Assembly (NCBI GenBank): GCA_040767965.1
Contig: JAXGNR010000005.1
Span: 160,001-224,000, forward strand
From: Atribacterota bacterium
Lineage (GTDB): Bacteria; Atribacterota; Phoenicimicrobiia; Phoenicimicrobiales; Stramentimicrobiaceae
Length of the DNA: 64,000 bases
Direction: 5' to 3'
Positions 1 through 11,808 of the stretch are shown one piece after another. Position 1 is the stretch's first letter, and each line of letters begins with the position of its first letter. Under the pieces are notes generated by a model. That model was given only the letters and a program-made list of their open reading frames with translations. It did not search any database and had not been told where the DNA came from. The position numbers were made by a program, and so were the translations under genes.

Positions 1-1071
<1,071 letters not shown>

Positions 1072-1079
<8 letters not shown>

Positions 1080-1404
1080 AAATAACAATTCTGAGAAAAA
1101 AAGAGAAAAAGAATTTCTACGAGAGATTGAAAAGAAGGAAAAAAGAAGAATAAAGGCTCAAAGCAGAAAAAATCGCACTATCTGGATGGGATTTGGACTT
1201 TTTGGCGTTATTGGCTGGTCGGTGATGATTCCAACCATAATTGGGATTAGTATTGGATTGTGGGCTGATAAAAAATGGCCTGGACAGGTATCATGGACTT
1301 TGACCTTTCTTGTTCTGGGTATTGCCCTGGGTTGTTGGAATGCTTGGTACTGGGTGCAGAAGGAACGAAAAGTTATTGAAAAAGAAATAGATGAAGAGGA
1401 GTAA
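1072..1404 (+). CDS. atpQ: N-ATPase AtpQ (AtpZ/AtpI-like) membrane subunit
   Basis: Charged N-terminus then GLFGVIGWSVMIPT...GLWADKKWP...GCWNAWYW with two TM helices; operon position. Confidence 0.88.
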
Positions 1405-1409
1405 TTAAA

Positions 1410-1697
1410 ATTAAAATACTTAATTTTATTATTTTAGGTATTCTATCTGGAATATTTTACTTTGGCGGATTATGGTTGACTTTGCAATATATGGTGCGCT
1501 CACCTTATCCTGCAATAGTTACCATGCTCAGCTATATCTTGCGCGTTGCTGCCTCCTTTTTTATTCTCATTTATATTGCCCGTCTTGGAGAATGGGCTTA
1601 TATTTTATACTGGTTAGCAGGTTTTATCTTAGCCCGTATTGTATTATCACGCTGGTTAAGTGATAATTATCCAAAGAAAGATAAGAAGGAGCAATAG
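1410..1697 (+). CDS. atpR: N-ATPase AtpR subunit; start probably the non-canonical ATT at 1410
   Basis: The frame of ORF 1476..1697 is open back to a TGA at 1392 and encodes LGILSGIFYFGGLWLT, the AtpR-type first helix; SD GAGGAG at 1396-1401; conserved Arg in LRV and ILAR. Confidence 0.8.
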   Translation: MKILNFIILGILSGIFYFGGLWLTLQYMVRSPYPAIVTMLSYILRVAASFFILIYIARLGEWAYILYWLAGFILARIVLSRWLSDNYPKKDKKEQ

Positions 1698-1699
1698 TT

Positions 1700-2413
1700 A
1701 TGGAAATAACTCCTGATACCATTATTTATTTTCAGTGGAATGGCATCCATTTAAATGCAACAATCGTATTTACATGGGTAGTAATGTTTCTATTGGTATT
1801 AATTAGCTGGTTGGCTACAAGGGATTTACGGGTCGGACCAGATATCAGTCGCTGGCAAACTTCTCTGGAAGTAATTATAAGCTATATTCGCCAGCAAATT
1901 GAGGAAATTACCCAGCAAAACCCGGATCAGTTTATTCCTTTTTTAGGAAGTCTTTTCTTATTTATTTCTATTTCTAATTTGCTAACTATTGTACCAGGGT
2001 ATCAACCTCCTACAGGTTCGCTTTCAACAACAACAGCCTTGGCGATTTGTGTATTTTTTGCTATTCCCATTTTTGGCATCGACAAAATTGGTGTTAAGAA
2101 TTATTTAAAGCAATATCTTAAACCATCTGTTCTAATGCTGCCATTTAATATTATTGGAGAATTTTCCCGAACACTAGCCCTGGCAGTAAGACTATTCGGA
2201 AATATAATGAGTGGTACTTTAGTAGCCGGAATTTTGCTGATTATTGTTCCATTGTTTGTGCCAATTATTATGCAGATATTAGGACTGTTAATAGGCCAGA
2301 TACAAGCATATATTTTTACAATTCTAGCTACAGTTTATATTGCTTCTGCCACTCAGGCAGAAAGTGAATTGTACCAAAAAAATAACGATGAAGGAAGTGA
2401 GAAAAATGAGTAG
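1700..2413 (+). CDS. atpB: ATP synthase subunit a
   Basis: SRTLALAVRLFGNIMSG (essential Arg), QIQAYIF; multiple TM helices. Confidence 0.96.
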   Translation: MEITPDTIIYFQWNGIHLNATIVFTWVVMFLLVLISWLATRDLRVGPDISRWQTSLEVIISYIRQQIEEITQQNPDQFIPFLGSLFLFISISNLLTIVPGYQPPTGSLSTTTALAICVFFAIPIFGIDKIGVKNYLKQYLKPSVLMLPFNIIGEFSRTLALAVRLFGNIMSGTLVAGILLIIVPLFVPIIMQILGLLIGQIQAYIFTILATVYIASATQAESELYQKNNDEGSEKNE

Positions 2414-2675
2414 TATTGATATTGTAAGTGCAATTTCTATTTTTACAGCTGGCATTACCATGGCTATCGGCTCTATTGGTCCGGCAATCGGACAGGGAAT
2501 GGCTGTAGCAAGAGCATTAGGAGCAATTGCTCAGCAACCCGATGAGGCAAATACTATTACCAGAACTTTATTTGTTGGTTTAGCTATGGTTGAGTCAACT
2601 GCTATCTATTGTCTGGTAATTTCCGTAATTCTTATTTTTGCCAATCCTTTCTGGAATTATATTTTAAGCCAATAA
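2406..2675 (+). CDS. atpE: ATP synthase subunit c with Na+-binding signature
   Basis: ATG at 2406; GSIGPAIGQG...AQQPDE...AMVESTAIY hairpin protein of 89 aa. Confidence 0.97.
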   Translation: MSSIDIVSAISIFTAGITMAIGSIGPAIGQGMAVARALGAIAQQPDEANTITRTLFVGLAMVESTAIYCLVISVILIFANPFWNYILSQ

Positions 2676-2685
2676 GGGGAATTAT

Positions 2686-3501
2686 ATGATAATTGACATG
2701 TTTACAGTAATAGCACAGATTATCAATTTTTTAATTCTGGTTATATTACTGAAAAAATTTCTTTTTAATAAAATTGTTGGCATTATAGACGAAAGAGAAG
2801 ATCAAATTAAAGAGCAAATAATAAATGCTGAACAAAAGCAAAAAGAAGCTGAAAAGGAGATAAAAAAACAAAAGAAAATTAGGGAAGAACTGGAAGGAAA
2901 ATGGGATGAAAATCTTGCTCAAATGAAAAAAGATCTCCAAAATAAACGTGAGAAATTGATGGAAGAAACCAGGCATTCGATTGATAAAGAAGAGAAAAAC
3001 TGGAAAAAATCAATAGCCAAACAAAGGGATGCTTTTTTAAACGAATTGAAACAGCTTTCCTGCCAACAGGTGTGCAGAATATCCAGAAAAGTTTTAACAG
3101 ATCTAGCCAATGAAAGGTTAGAAAACAAGCTGATTGAAAGCTTTTTGCAGCAGTTGAAGGAAGCCAATGGCTATGCTGGAAAAGGATTCCAATTATCTGA
3201 TCTAAACTCCAGTAAAGAAATTGAAATAAATACAGCTTTTGAATTACATCAAAAAGAAAAAGAAATAATTATTGATAATTTGCAAACCCTCCTGAAAGAT
3301 GAAATACTCATTAATTTTAAAGAATCTGCAGATCTTATCTGTGGAATTGAATTAAGAACAGAAGGAAAGAAAATCTCCTGGAGCATAGAAAGTTATCTCA
3401 ATTCTCTGGAAAAAAGCTTACAAGAAATGTTTGATGACGCTACAATCCAGCAGGGGAATAATAGAGAAGAAATTAAAATTGAAGGTTTAACAGAAGAATA
3501 A
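2686..3501 (+). CDS. atpF: N-ATPase subunit b, long form with delta-like C-terminus
   Basis: N-terminal TM (FTVIAQIINFLILV), coiled coil, C-terminal LICGIEL...ISWSIESYL; no separate atpH in the operon. Confidence 0.92.
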   Translation: MIIDMFTVIAQIINFLILVILLKKFLFNKIVGIIDEREDQIKEQIINAEQKQKEAEKEIKKQKKIREELEGKWDENLAQMKKDLQNKREKLMEETRHSIDKEEKNWKKSIAKQRDAFLNELKQLSCQQVCRISRKVLTDLANERLENKLIESFLQQLKEANGYAGKGFQLSDLNSSKEIEINTAFELHQKEKEIIIDNLQTLLKDEILINFKESADLICGIELRTEGKKISWSIESYLNSLEKSLQEMFDDATIQQGNNREEIKIEGLTEE

Positions 3502-3522
3502 ATTCTTTTGGAGAAAGATAAA

Positions 3523-5091
3523 ATGAAGGAATTGACCGAAGAAATGTCACTACAGAGACAGATAAAAGAAACTTTTTCCAGGATGGAGAAGGTTATACAA
3601 AAGAAGGAAGTACCTTTTCATTTTCAAGAAATAGGCCTCATTAAATCAGTAGGCAAGAACATTGTAAAAGCAAATGGACTGCCAAATGTGAAATTTGGAG
3701 AGATTGTACATTTTAAAAAAGGACAATTGGGGATGGTATTTAATTTAAACCCTGAAAGTGTTGACATTATCCTTTTGGATGATGCAAAATCTATTACATC
3801 CTCAAATGAAGTTGTAAGGACTAATCAGGTTATGAGTGTTCCGGTAGGAGATAGACTGCTTGGTAGAGTTATAGATGCAGTTGGCAGACCATTAGATGGT
3901 AAAGGTGCTATTGGAAACACAGAAATTGCCCCTATTGAACAGGATGCAACTGCTATTATGGACAGAGATCCTGTAAATATGCCTTTACAAACAGGATTGC
4001 TGGTAATTGATTCTTTAATTCCGATTGGGAGAGGGCAGCGAGAATTGATTTTAGGTGATCGGCAGACTGGAAAAACAGCAATAGCTATTGATACTATTTT
4101 AAACCAAAAAAATGATGATGTTATTTGTATTTATTGTGCAATTGGACGGCAAATATCTTCTGTTGCCAGAGTAATCTCCAGACTTGAACAATCTAAAGCA
4201 ATGGATTATAGTATCGTAATGGTAGCCTCCGGTGATGAAGCGCCAGGGATGAATTATATTGCTCCTTATGCTGCAACCAGTATTGGAGAATATTTTATGA
4301 AAAAGGGTAAAGATGTTCTTGTTATCTATGATGACCTTACTCAGCATGCACGTGCTTATCGCGAATTATCCCTGTTGATGAGGAGACCTCCTGCAAGGGA
4401 AGCGTTTCCTGGAGATATTTTTTATATTCATTCACGTCTTCTTGAAAGGGCTACTCATTTGAAAAAAGAATATGGAGGAGGCTCTTTAACAGCTTTGCCT
4501 ATAGTTGAAACTGAAGCACAAAACTTATCAGCCTACATACCAACAAATATTATATCAATTACTGATGGGCAGATATATTTATCCCCTCAATTATTTCAAG
4601 GAGGTATTTTACCAGCTGTTGATGTAGGGAAATCTGTTTCCCGGGTTGGCGGAAAAACCCAATTAGCAGCATATCGAAAAGTAGTAGGAGACTTACGATT
4701 AAGTTACTCCCAGTTTCAAGAGTTAGAAATATTTTCCCGGTTTGGTACTCAATTAGATGAAAATACCAAAAAGGCTTTAACCAGAGGAAGAAGAATAAGA
4801 GAAATACTAAAACAAAATCAATATGATCCTTATTCTGTTTTAGAGCAAATTATTTTACTTCTGGCTGTCTCCCGTGGTTTGCTGGATAATATTCCTGTAA
4901 ACAGGATTAATGAATTCAAAAAAAATATCAAAGATGGGGTAAAGGAAAAATTTTCAGGAATCACCGAAAGAATTAATAATAATAAAATACTATCTTCAGA
5001 CGATGAAGATAGATTAACTGTTTTCATTCAAGAAAAAACTGACCTGATTGTTGAGGATAATGATTATGCAGATGCTGGAGACGATTCGTAG
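3523..5091 (+). CDS. atpA: ATP synthase alpha subunit
   Basis: [36 protein letters not shown]; ATG 3523 behind GGAGA (TTG 3508 is an alternative). Confidence 0.97.
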   Translation: MKELTEEMSLQRQIKETFSRMEKVIQKKEVPFHFQEIGLIKSVGKNIVKANGLPNVKFGEIVHFKKGQLGMVFNLNPESVDIILLDDAKSITSSNEVVRTNQVMSVPVGDRLLGRVIDAVGRPLDGKGAIGNTEIAPIEQDATAIMDRDPVNMPLQTGLLVIDSLIPIGRGQRELILGDRQTGKTAIAIDTILNQKNDDVICIYCAIGRQISSVARVISRLEQSKAMDYSIVMVASGDEAPGMNYIAPYAATSIGEYFMKKGKDVLVIYDDLTQHARAYRELSLLMRRPPAREAFPGDIFYIHSRLLERATHLKKEYGGGSLTALPIVETEAQNLSAYIPTNIISITDGQIYLSPQLFQGGILPAVDVGKSVSRVGGKTQLAAYRKVVGDLRLSYSQFQELEIFSRFGTQLDENTKKALTRGRRIREILKQNQYDPYSVLEQIILLLAVSRGLLDNIPVNRINEFKKNIKDGVKEKFSGITERINNNKILSSDDEDRLTVFIQEKTDLIVEDNDYADAGDDS

Positions 5092-5953
5092 AAAAATTGA
5101 AAGTGCAAAAGATTTACATTCAGTTGTAAAAACAATGAAAGCATTAGCCGCTGTAAATATTCATACCTATGAAAAAGCTGTTCGTGCTATAAATTTTTAT
5201 TTTCAGAATATTGAAGCAGCTTTCCAGGTTGTTTTAAAAGAAACCCCGGATATTTTTAAGACAGTTTCTGCCGAAGAAGATTATCCTGTTGGAATAATTG
5301 TTTTTGGTGCTCAAAGAGGAATGGCTGGTAATTTTAATTTGCCAATTGCAAATAAGCTGGATACCTGGCAAAAAAATATTGGTTTAAAAGATAAAGTTCC
5401 TCCGGTTGTCTGTATAGTAGGAGACAGAATCTCAGAACAATTAAAAGATCTTGGAATTGTTGCAGATTACTATTTAGACTTTCCCAGCTTTCGCTATCAT
5501 TTAGATGGCACTATCCAAGAGATACTTTTGATAATAGAAGAATGGCGTTTTCAGAAAAAAGCATCCAGTATTCATCTTTTTTATAATCGTCCAACAAGCG
5601 GCTCTTCTTTTACTCCAAACCATTCTCAACTGTATCCATTGAACCATGAATGGCTACAAGAATTATCAACCAGGAAATGGGATTCTCGTTCAATACCTAT
5701 GCACACTATTCCAGCGGGAGACTTGTTTAATCAAATTATCCAGCAATACCTCTATATATCTCTATATAAGGCATTTATTGAAACAATGGCCAGTGAAAAT
5801 GCCAGCAGATTGATTGCTATGCGTAAAGCAGAACAGAATATTGAAGAAAAATTAGAAGATTTAGACTCTCAATTTAATAAACAAAGACAAGATTCTATTA
5901 CCGAAGAGTTACTTGATATTGTCGCTGGATTTGAAGCTTTGACCAAAGAATAA
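5066..5953 (+). CDS. atpG: ATP synthase gamma subunit
   Basis: [36 protein letters not shown]; SD GAGGA at 5053-5057. Confidence 0.95.
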   Translation: MQMLETIRRKIESAKDLHSVVKTMKALAAVNIHTYEKAVRAINFYFQNIEAAFQVVLKETPDIFKTVSAEEDYPVGIIVFGAQRGMAGNFNLPIANKLDTWQKNIGLKDKVPPVVCIVGDRISEQLKDLGIVADYYLDFPSFRYHLDGTIQEILLIIEEWRFQKKASSIHLFYNRPTSGSSFTPNHSQLYPLNHEWLQELSTRKWDSRSIPMHTIPAGDLFNQIIQQYLYISLYKAFIETMASENASRLIAMRKAEQNIEEKLEDLDSQFNKQRQDSITEELLDIVAGFEALTKE

Positions 5954-5973
5954 TTTTCATTTTTTAGAAAAAA

Positions 5974-8181
5974 ATGTTATCATTATATGTTGTTAAGACA
6001 GATAATATAAATGGTAAAAATTTAATGAATGGTAAAAACACTAAAGATTTTAAAAAAAATATTAAAATAACCGGGATGACTTGTATAAATTGTGCCAAAC
6101 GGGTAGAAGATAAATTATCTAAAATCAGTGATGTAAAATATGCTTCTGTAAATCTGGCAACAGAATCAGCCTATATAATAAGTCAACGAGTGCTGTCTGA
6201 TGATGAAATAAAAATGGCAGTTGAAAGTGCTGGTTATGGTATTGTGAAAAACACAGATAAAGATAACAGTCGAAGAAGATACCAAAAATCCAGAAAAAAT
6301 GTTACAACTGCCTGGATTATTACTATACCTTTATCAGTCATGATGATTTTCCATATGTTCGGCTATCATATTAATTTTTTTAATCTTATGGAAATACTTG
6401 GAGGCGCTGTAGTAATATTTTATTGTGGTTTTGCTACCATAAAAAGTGCCTGGATTGCGCTTACTCATTCTCATTCAAATATGGATACTCTTATTTCGAT
6501 TGGCTCAATAACATCATGGATCACAGCTGTTTTTAATTTTGCTGGTTTGCCAATTATGTCTTTTGGGACTATTGGGGCTATGATTATTTCAATTCACTTA
6601 ACTGGCAGATTTATTGAATCACATTTAAGAGATAAGGCATCTAAAGAAATAAAATCATTAATTTCTTTGCAGCAAAAAGAAGCTACGGTTGTTTTTGCAA
6701 ATGAAGAAGTGAAATTGCCTATTGATATGATTAAAAAAGATCAGCTGGTTAAAGTCAAGCCAGGAGATCGTATTCCAGTGGATGGAATTGTGGTCAATGG
6801 CCATTCGGTAGTTGACGAATCATTTATTTCCGGAGAGCCGATACCTAAAGAGAAAAAAGAAAATGATCAGGTAGTGGGAGGTTCTGTTAATTTATCAGGA
6901 TCTCTAATTGTAAAAGCAGTTAGTATTGGGGAAAAATCTTTTTTATCTCAAATGATTCAATTAATAAAAGAAGCTCAAGGTACAAAAGTTCCTATCCAGG
7001 CTTTGGCTGATAAGATTACTAATTATTTTGTTCCCGCTATTATTCTCTTGGCAACCATAAGTGCAATTTTTTGGTTTCTTAATTTATCAAAATATGGTGT
7101 TTTTTTTCTAAAAGCAAGAGAAATATTTCCCTGGATACTAATAACTGAAAGTAATTTATCTTTTGCCGTCTTTGTTTTTATTTCTACTGTAGTTATTGCC
7201 TGTCCCTGTGCTTTAGGGTTGGCTACCCCAATGGCTTTAATAACAGGAAGTGCTCTGGCTGCTAAGAATGGTTTAATAATCAGGAATGCTGAAGCTATTC
7301 AAACATCTAAAGATGTAACACATGTTTTACTGGATAAAACTGGAACTATTACTTACGGAAAGCCTTCTGTGATTTATCATAATCTTGATTTTGCTGAAAT
7401 GAAAATTGTAGCTTCTATCGAAAATAGTTCTCATCATCCGTTAGCGCAGGCTATTGCCGATAAAGTAAAAGAAAAAATAAAAATAGACAATATTAAGGAG
7501 ATTCCAGGAGAAGGTGTATTAGCTGATTATAATGAAGATCGTTATTTTATTGGCAAACCAAAAATGAACAAAGAATATACCGAGTATTTACAAAAAGGAC
7601 AAACAGTTGTTGAAATATTGAAAAATAATAATACAATAGGTTTTATTGTTCTGGAAGATCAGATCAGAAAAGAATCAAAAAAGGTAATTAATAGATTGAA
7701 AGAATTAAAAATAACTACAGTGATGGTGACAGGTGATGATCAAATTACTGCTGAGAAGGTAGCTTCTGAGATTGGGATTGAAAAAGTGTATGCTGGTATT
7801 AAACCAGCAGGTAAATTGAATATTGTCAGGAGATACCAAAGTTCTGAAGGGAAAGTATTAATGATTGGCGATGGGATCAATGACGCTGCCTCCTTGAAGG
7901 GTGCAGACATTGGAGTTGCCATGGGGAAAGGATCTGATCTAGCCATAGATAGTGCTGATATAGTTATAATAAAAGAGGGTATTTTAGGATTACTTCACTG
8001 TATAACAATATCTTCAAAGATATTCAGAATTATCCAGCAGAATCTTTTTTGGGCTTTTCTCTACAATATCCTGGCTATACCCATGGCCATGTTAGGATTA
8101 CTTCATCCAGTAATTGCCGAAGGAGCAATGGCTTTTAGTTCAATTACTGTTATCATAAACTCTTTAAGAATTAAGACATAA
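5974..8181 (+). CDS. copA: Cu(+)-translocating P1B-type ATPase (start may be ATG 6025)
   Basis: GMTCINC HMA domain, CPC, DKTGT, HP, GDGINDA and the YN...MAFSS P1B-1 motifs. Confidence 0.9.
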   Translation: MLSLYVVKTDNINGKNLMNGKNTKDFKKNIKITGMTCINCAKRVEDKLSKISDVKYASVNLATESAYIISQRVLSDDEIKMAVESAGYGIVKNTDKDNSRRRYQKSRKNVTTAWIITIPLSVMMIFHMFGYHINFFNLMEILGGAVVIFYCGFATIKSAWIALTHSHSNMDTLISIGSITSWITAVFNFAGLPIMSFGTIGAMIISIHLTGRFIESHLRDKASKEIKSLISLQQKEATVVFANEEVKLPIDMIKKDQLVKVKPGDRIPVDGIVVNGHSVVDESFISGEPIPKEKKENDQVVGGSVNLSGSLIVKAVSIGEKSFLSQMIQLIKEAQGTKVPIQALADKITNYFVPAIILLATISAIFWFLNLSKYGVFFLKAREIFPWILITESNLSFAVFVFISTVVIACPCALGLATPMALITGSALAAKNGLIIRNAEAIQTSKDVTHVLLDKTGTITYGKPSVIYHNLDFAEMKIVASIENSSHHPLAQAIADKVKEKIKIDNIKEIPGEGVLADYNEDRYFIGKPKMNKEYTEYLQKGQTVVEILKNNNTIGFIVLEDQIRKESKKVINRLKELKITTVMVTGDDQITAEKVASEIGIEKVYAGIKPAGKLNIVRRYQSSEGKVLMIGDGINDAASLKGADIGVAMGKGSDLAIDSADIVIIKEGILGLLHCITISSKIFRIIQQNLFWAFLYNILAIPMAMLGLLHPVIAEGAMAFSSITVIINSLRIKT

Positions 8182-8223
8182 TTTAATAAAAAAACAAAAA
8201 ATGTTAATCGAAAGGAAAGTATT

Positions 8224-11200
8224 ATGAAACACAAAATGATCACTTTAGACGGTAATACGGCAGCAGCTCATACTGCGTATCACCTTAGCGAAAATGTTAC
8301 GATTTATCCGATTACCCCCTCTTCTGTTATGGGAGAACTGGCAGATTTATGGGCATTTCAAGGTAAAAAAAATATTTGGGATGCAGTTCCTTTTGTTGCT
8401 GAGATGCAAAGTGAAGCTGGTGCAGCTGGAGCAGTGCATGGTTCTTTGCAAAGAGGAGCCCTGACCACTACCTTTACAGCCTCTCAGGGATTGTTGCTAA
8501 TGCTGCCTAACATGTTTAAAATTGCCGGTGAGCTAACACCTACAGTTTTTAATGTTTCAGCGCGCTCAGTAGCAACTCATGCTTTGTCTATTTTTGGAGA
8601 CCATTCTGATGTAATGGCAGCAAGGACAACAGGTTTTGCTTTAATAGCAGCTGCTTCTGTCCAGGAAGCTATGGATTTCCCTTTAATCGCAATGGCTGCT
8701 TCTCTAAAATCCAGAATTCCTTTTTTACATTTCTTTGATGGGTTCCGCACTTCTCATGAAGTATCAAAAGTAGAGCTTTTGGAAAATGAAGAAATGAAAC
8801 AGATGATTGACGATGAACTGGTATATGAACACAGGGCACGTGCTCTATCACCAGAAAAACCAGTAATAAGGGGTACTGCTCAAAATCCAGATGTTTTTTT
8901 CCAGGCAAGAGAAGGATGTAATCCTTTTTATGAAGCATGTTCAGAAATTACTGAAGAAGCTATGAAAAAATTTAAAGAGATTACCGGTAGAGAATATCAT
9001 CTTTTCCAATATGAAGGAGCACCTGATGCAGAATACGTAATAGTATTAATGGGATCAGCATGTGAAACAGTGCAGGAGACAGTTGAATACCTGGCCGGAA
9101 AAGGTGAAAAGATAGGAGTATTGAAAGTCCGCTTATTCAGACCATTTTCCATTAAACACCTGTATCAAGCAATCCCTGAAACAGTCAAAAAATTATGTGT
9201 TTTAGATCGGACAAAAGAACCAGGTAGTTCAGGTGAACCATTATATATGGAAGTTTTATCTGGTATTAATGAATACATGAATGAAAATGGAATTGAAAGA
9301 AAAATAAAAGTAGTGGGTGGAAGATATGGATTGTCATCTAAGGAATTTACCCCTGCTATGGTTATGGGAGTATTTGAAGAAATAAAAAAAGAAAACTCCA
9401 TGAATCATTTTACTGTGGGAATTAATGATGATGTAACTCACAAGAGCGTGAAATATCCAGAACATTTCCATATCGAACCTGCTGATAGAGTAAGAGCTGT
9501 TTTTTATGGGCTAGGTTCTGATGGAACCGTAAGCGCAAATAAAAGCTCCATTAAAATTATTGGAGAAGATACTGATAATTTTGCCCAGGGTTATTTTGTA
9601 TATGATTCTAAAAAAGCAGGCTCGCTGACAATTTCCCATTTACGCTTCGGGAAAGACCCTATTCACTCACCATACCTGATCGAAAAGGCAAACTTTGTTG
9701 GGTGTCATCAGTTTAGCTTCCTGGAAAAGTATGATGTATTAAAGCTTGCTGAAGACAATGCTGTATTTTTGTTAAATACTCCATTCCCAACTGAAGAAGT
9801 CTGGGATAAAATTCCAAAAGAAGTACAAGAAACTATTATTAAAAAAGGTATAAAATTATATGCGATTAATGCTTATGAAATCGCAAAAGAAACCGGCCTT
9901 GGAGTTAGAATAAATACCGTAATGCAGACAGCATTTTTCTTATTAAGCAAGATTTTACCTGAAGATGCAGCTATTGATAGAATTAAGCAATTCATCAAAA
10001 AATCTTATGGCACTAAAGGAGAGTCAATCTTAAATAAAAATAATAAGGCAGTTGATTTAGCTAAAGAATCAATACAGGAAATAAAAATTCCTGCTCATGC
10101 CAGCAGTGAAATCAACAAAAAAGATGCTGTTTCTTCTGAGGCTCCTAAATTTGTAAGAGAGGTAACTGCCAAAATGATTGCCCAGGAAGGAGACTCCATA
10201 CCAGTCAGCGCCTTTGATCCAGATGGAACCTTCCCTTCAGGGACCACTAAATGGGAAAAAAGGAATATTGCATTAGAAGTACCTGAATGGGATCCTGATG
10301 TCTGTATTCAATGTGGTAATTGTGTTTTTGTTTGCCCGCATGCGGTCATTAGAAGCAAAGTATATTCACCGGAGTTGCTTGAAAATGCCCCAGCAGGATT
10401 TAAATCTACTGATAGTAAGATGAAAGAATTTAAAGATCAAAAATTCACTTTACAGATATCTCCAGAAGATTGTACCGGTTGCGGATTATGTGTTGAAGCA
10501 TGTCCTGCAAAAAATAAGAAAGAACCAGGCAAAAAAGCTATTAATATGGTCTTTATCGAAGATGTTCATGAACAAGAGAATAAAAACTGGAAATTCTTTG
10601 AAAGTCTTCCACTTGTCAATAGAGAAAAATTACAGCTTAACAGGGTTAGAGATTTACAGTTAACTCAACCACTATTTGAATTTTCTGGCGCTTGTGCAGG
10701 TTGTGGTGAAACTCCTTATGTAAAACTTGTCAGCCAGTTGTTTGGAGATAGAATGGTAGTAGCTAATGCTACTGGATGTTCATCAATTTATGGCGGCAAT
10801 CTGCCTACGACCCCATGGACTTCTAATCAGGATGGGCATGGTCCTGCCTGGTCTAACTCTCTCTTTGAAGACAATGCCGAATTTGGTTATGGCATGAGAT
10901 TAGCAATTAATCAGCAAAAGAAAACAGCAATATCTATATTAGAGAAGATGAAAGGGGATATTGGTGAAGAATTGGTTGACAGCCTGATTAATGCTAAACA
11001 GACAAATGATGAAGAAATTCAGGCTCAAAGAAGCAGAGTAAAACAATTAATTCAAAAGATCCAAAATATTTCTACAGACGAGGCAAAACAATTGCTCAGT
11101 TTAGCTGAGGCCCTTATCCAAAAGAGTGTCTGGATTATTGGAGGAGATGGCTGGGCTTATGACATTGGTTATGGCGGATTGGATCATGTTATTGCTCAAC

Positions 11201-11778
11201 AGCAGAATGTCAACATTCTGGTACTGGATACAGAAGTATATTCAAATACAGGAGGGCAGATGTCCAAAGCTACTCCTTTAGGAGCTGTTGCAAAATTCGC
11301 TGCAGGCGGTAAGCCTATGGCTAAAAAAGACCTGGCTTTAATGGCAGTTAATTATGGCAGTGCATATGTAGCCAGGATTGCATTAGGAGCAGATATGAAT
11401 CAGGCAATAAAGGCATTTAGAGAAGCAGAAGCTTATGATGGACCATCTTTGATTATTGCTTATTCACATTGTGCTGGGCATGGTTTTGATCTTAAAAATG
11501 GATTAAAACAGCAAAAAGCAGCAGTAGCCTCTGGATATTGGCCATTAATGAGATACAATCCGGAATTACAGAAAGAAGGAAAGAATCCATTTATTCTTGA
11601 TAGTAAAGCACCCAGTATCCAACTAGACGAATATATTTATGCTGAAAATAGATATAGAATTTTGACTTATAGCAAACCAGAAATCGCGAAAGAATACTAC
11701 AAGAAAGCACAAGCAGAAGTTCTGAATCGATGGAAGATTTATGAAAAATGGGCACGAGATGATAATTCTCAGAAGTAA
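8224..11778 (+). CDS. nifJ: Pyruvate:ferredoxin (flavodoxin) oxidoreductase, single-chain type
   Basis: YPITPSS, QSEAGAAG, two CxxCxxCxxxCP motifs, FEFSGACAGCGE, GGDGWAYDIG; 1184 aa. Confidence 0.97.
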   Translation: MKHKMITLDGNTAAAHTAYHLSENVTIYPITPSSVMGELADLWAFQGKKNIWDAVPFVAEMQSEAGAAGAVHGSLQRGALTTTFTASQGLLLMLPNMFKIAGELTPTVFNVSARSVATHALSIFGDHSDVMAARTTGFALIAAASVQEAMDFPLIAMAASLKSRIPFLHFFDGFRTSHEVSKVELLENEEMKQMIDDELVYEHRARALSPEKPVIRGTAQNPDVFFQAREGCNPFYEACSEITEEAMKKFKEITGREYHLFQYEGAPDAEYVIVLMGSACETVQETVEYLAGKGEKIGVLKVRLFRPFSIKHLYQAIPETVKKLCVLDRTKEPGSSGEPLYMEVLSGINEYMNENGIERKIKVVGGRYGLSSKEFTPAMVMGVFEEIKKENSMNHFTVGINDDVTHKSVKYPEHFHIEPADRVRAVFYGLGSDGTVSANKSSIKIIGEDTDNFAQGYFVYDSKKAGSLTISHLRFGKDPIHSPYLIEKANFVGCHQFSFLEKYDVLKLAEDNAVFLLNTPFPTEEVWDKIPKEVQETIIKKGIKLYAINAYEIAKETGLGVRINTVMQTAFFLLSKILPEDAAIDRIKQFIKKSYGTKGESILNKNNKAVDLAKESIQEIKIPAHASSEINKKDAVSSEAPKFVREVTAKMIAQEGDSIPVSAFDPDGTFPSGTTKWEKRNIALEVPEWDPDVCIQCGNCVFVCPHAVIRSKVYSPELLENAPAGFKSTDSKMKEFKDQKFTLQISPEDCTGCGLCVEACPAKNKKEPGKKAINMVFIEDVHEQENKNWKFFESLPLVNREKLQLNRVRDLQLTQPLFEFSGACAGCGETPYVKLVSQLFGDRMVVANATGCSSIYGGNLPTTPWTSNQDGHGPAWSNSLFEDNAEFGYGMRLAINQQKKTAISILEKMKGDIGEELVDSLINAKQTNDEEIQAQRSRVKQLIQKIQNISTDEAKQLLSLAEALIQKSVWIIGGDGWAYDIGYGGLDHVIAQQQNVNILVLDTEVYSNTGGQMSKATPLGAVAKFAAGGKPMAKKDLALMAVNYGSAYVARIALGADMNQAIKAFREAEAYDGPSLIIAYSHCAGHGFDLKNGLKQQKAAVASGYWPLMRYNPELQKEGKNPFILDSKAPSIQLDEYIYAENRYRILTYSKPEIAKEYYKKAQAEVLNRWKIYEKWARDDNSQK

Positions 11779-11808
11779 ATAAATTAACAAAATTAGGAGG
11801 ATAAGCAA

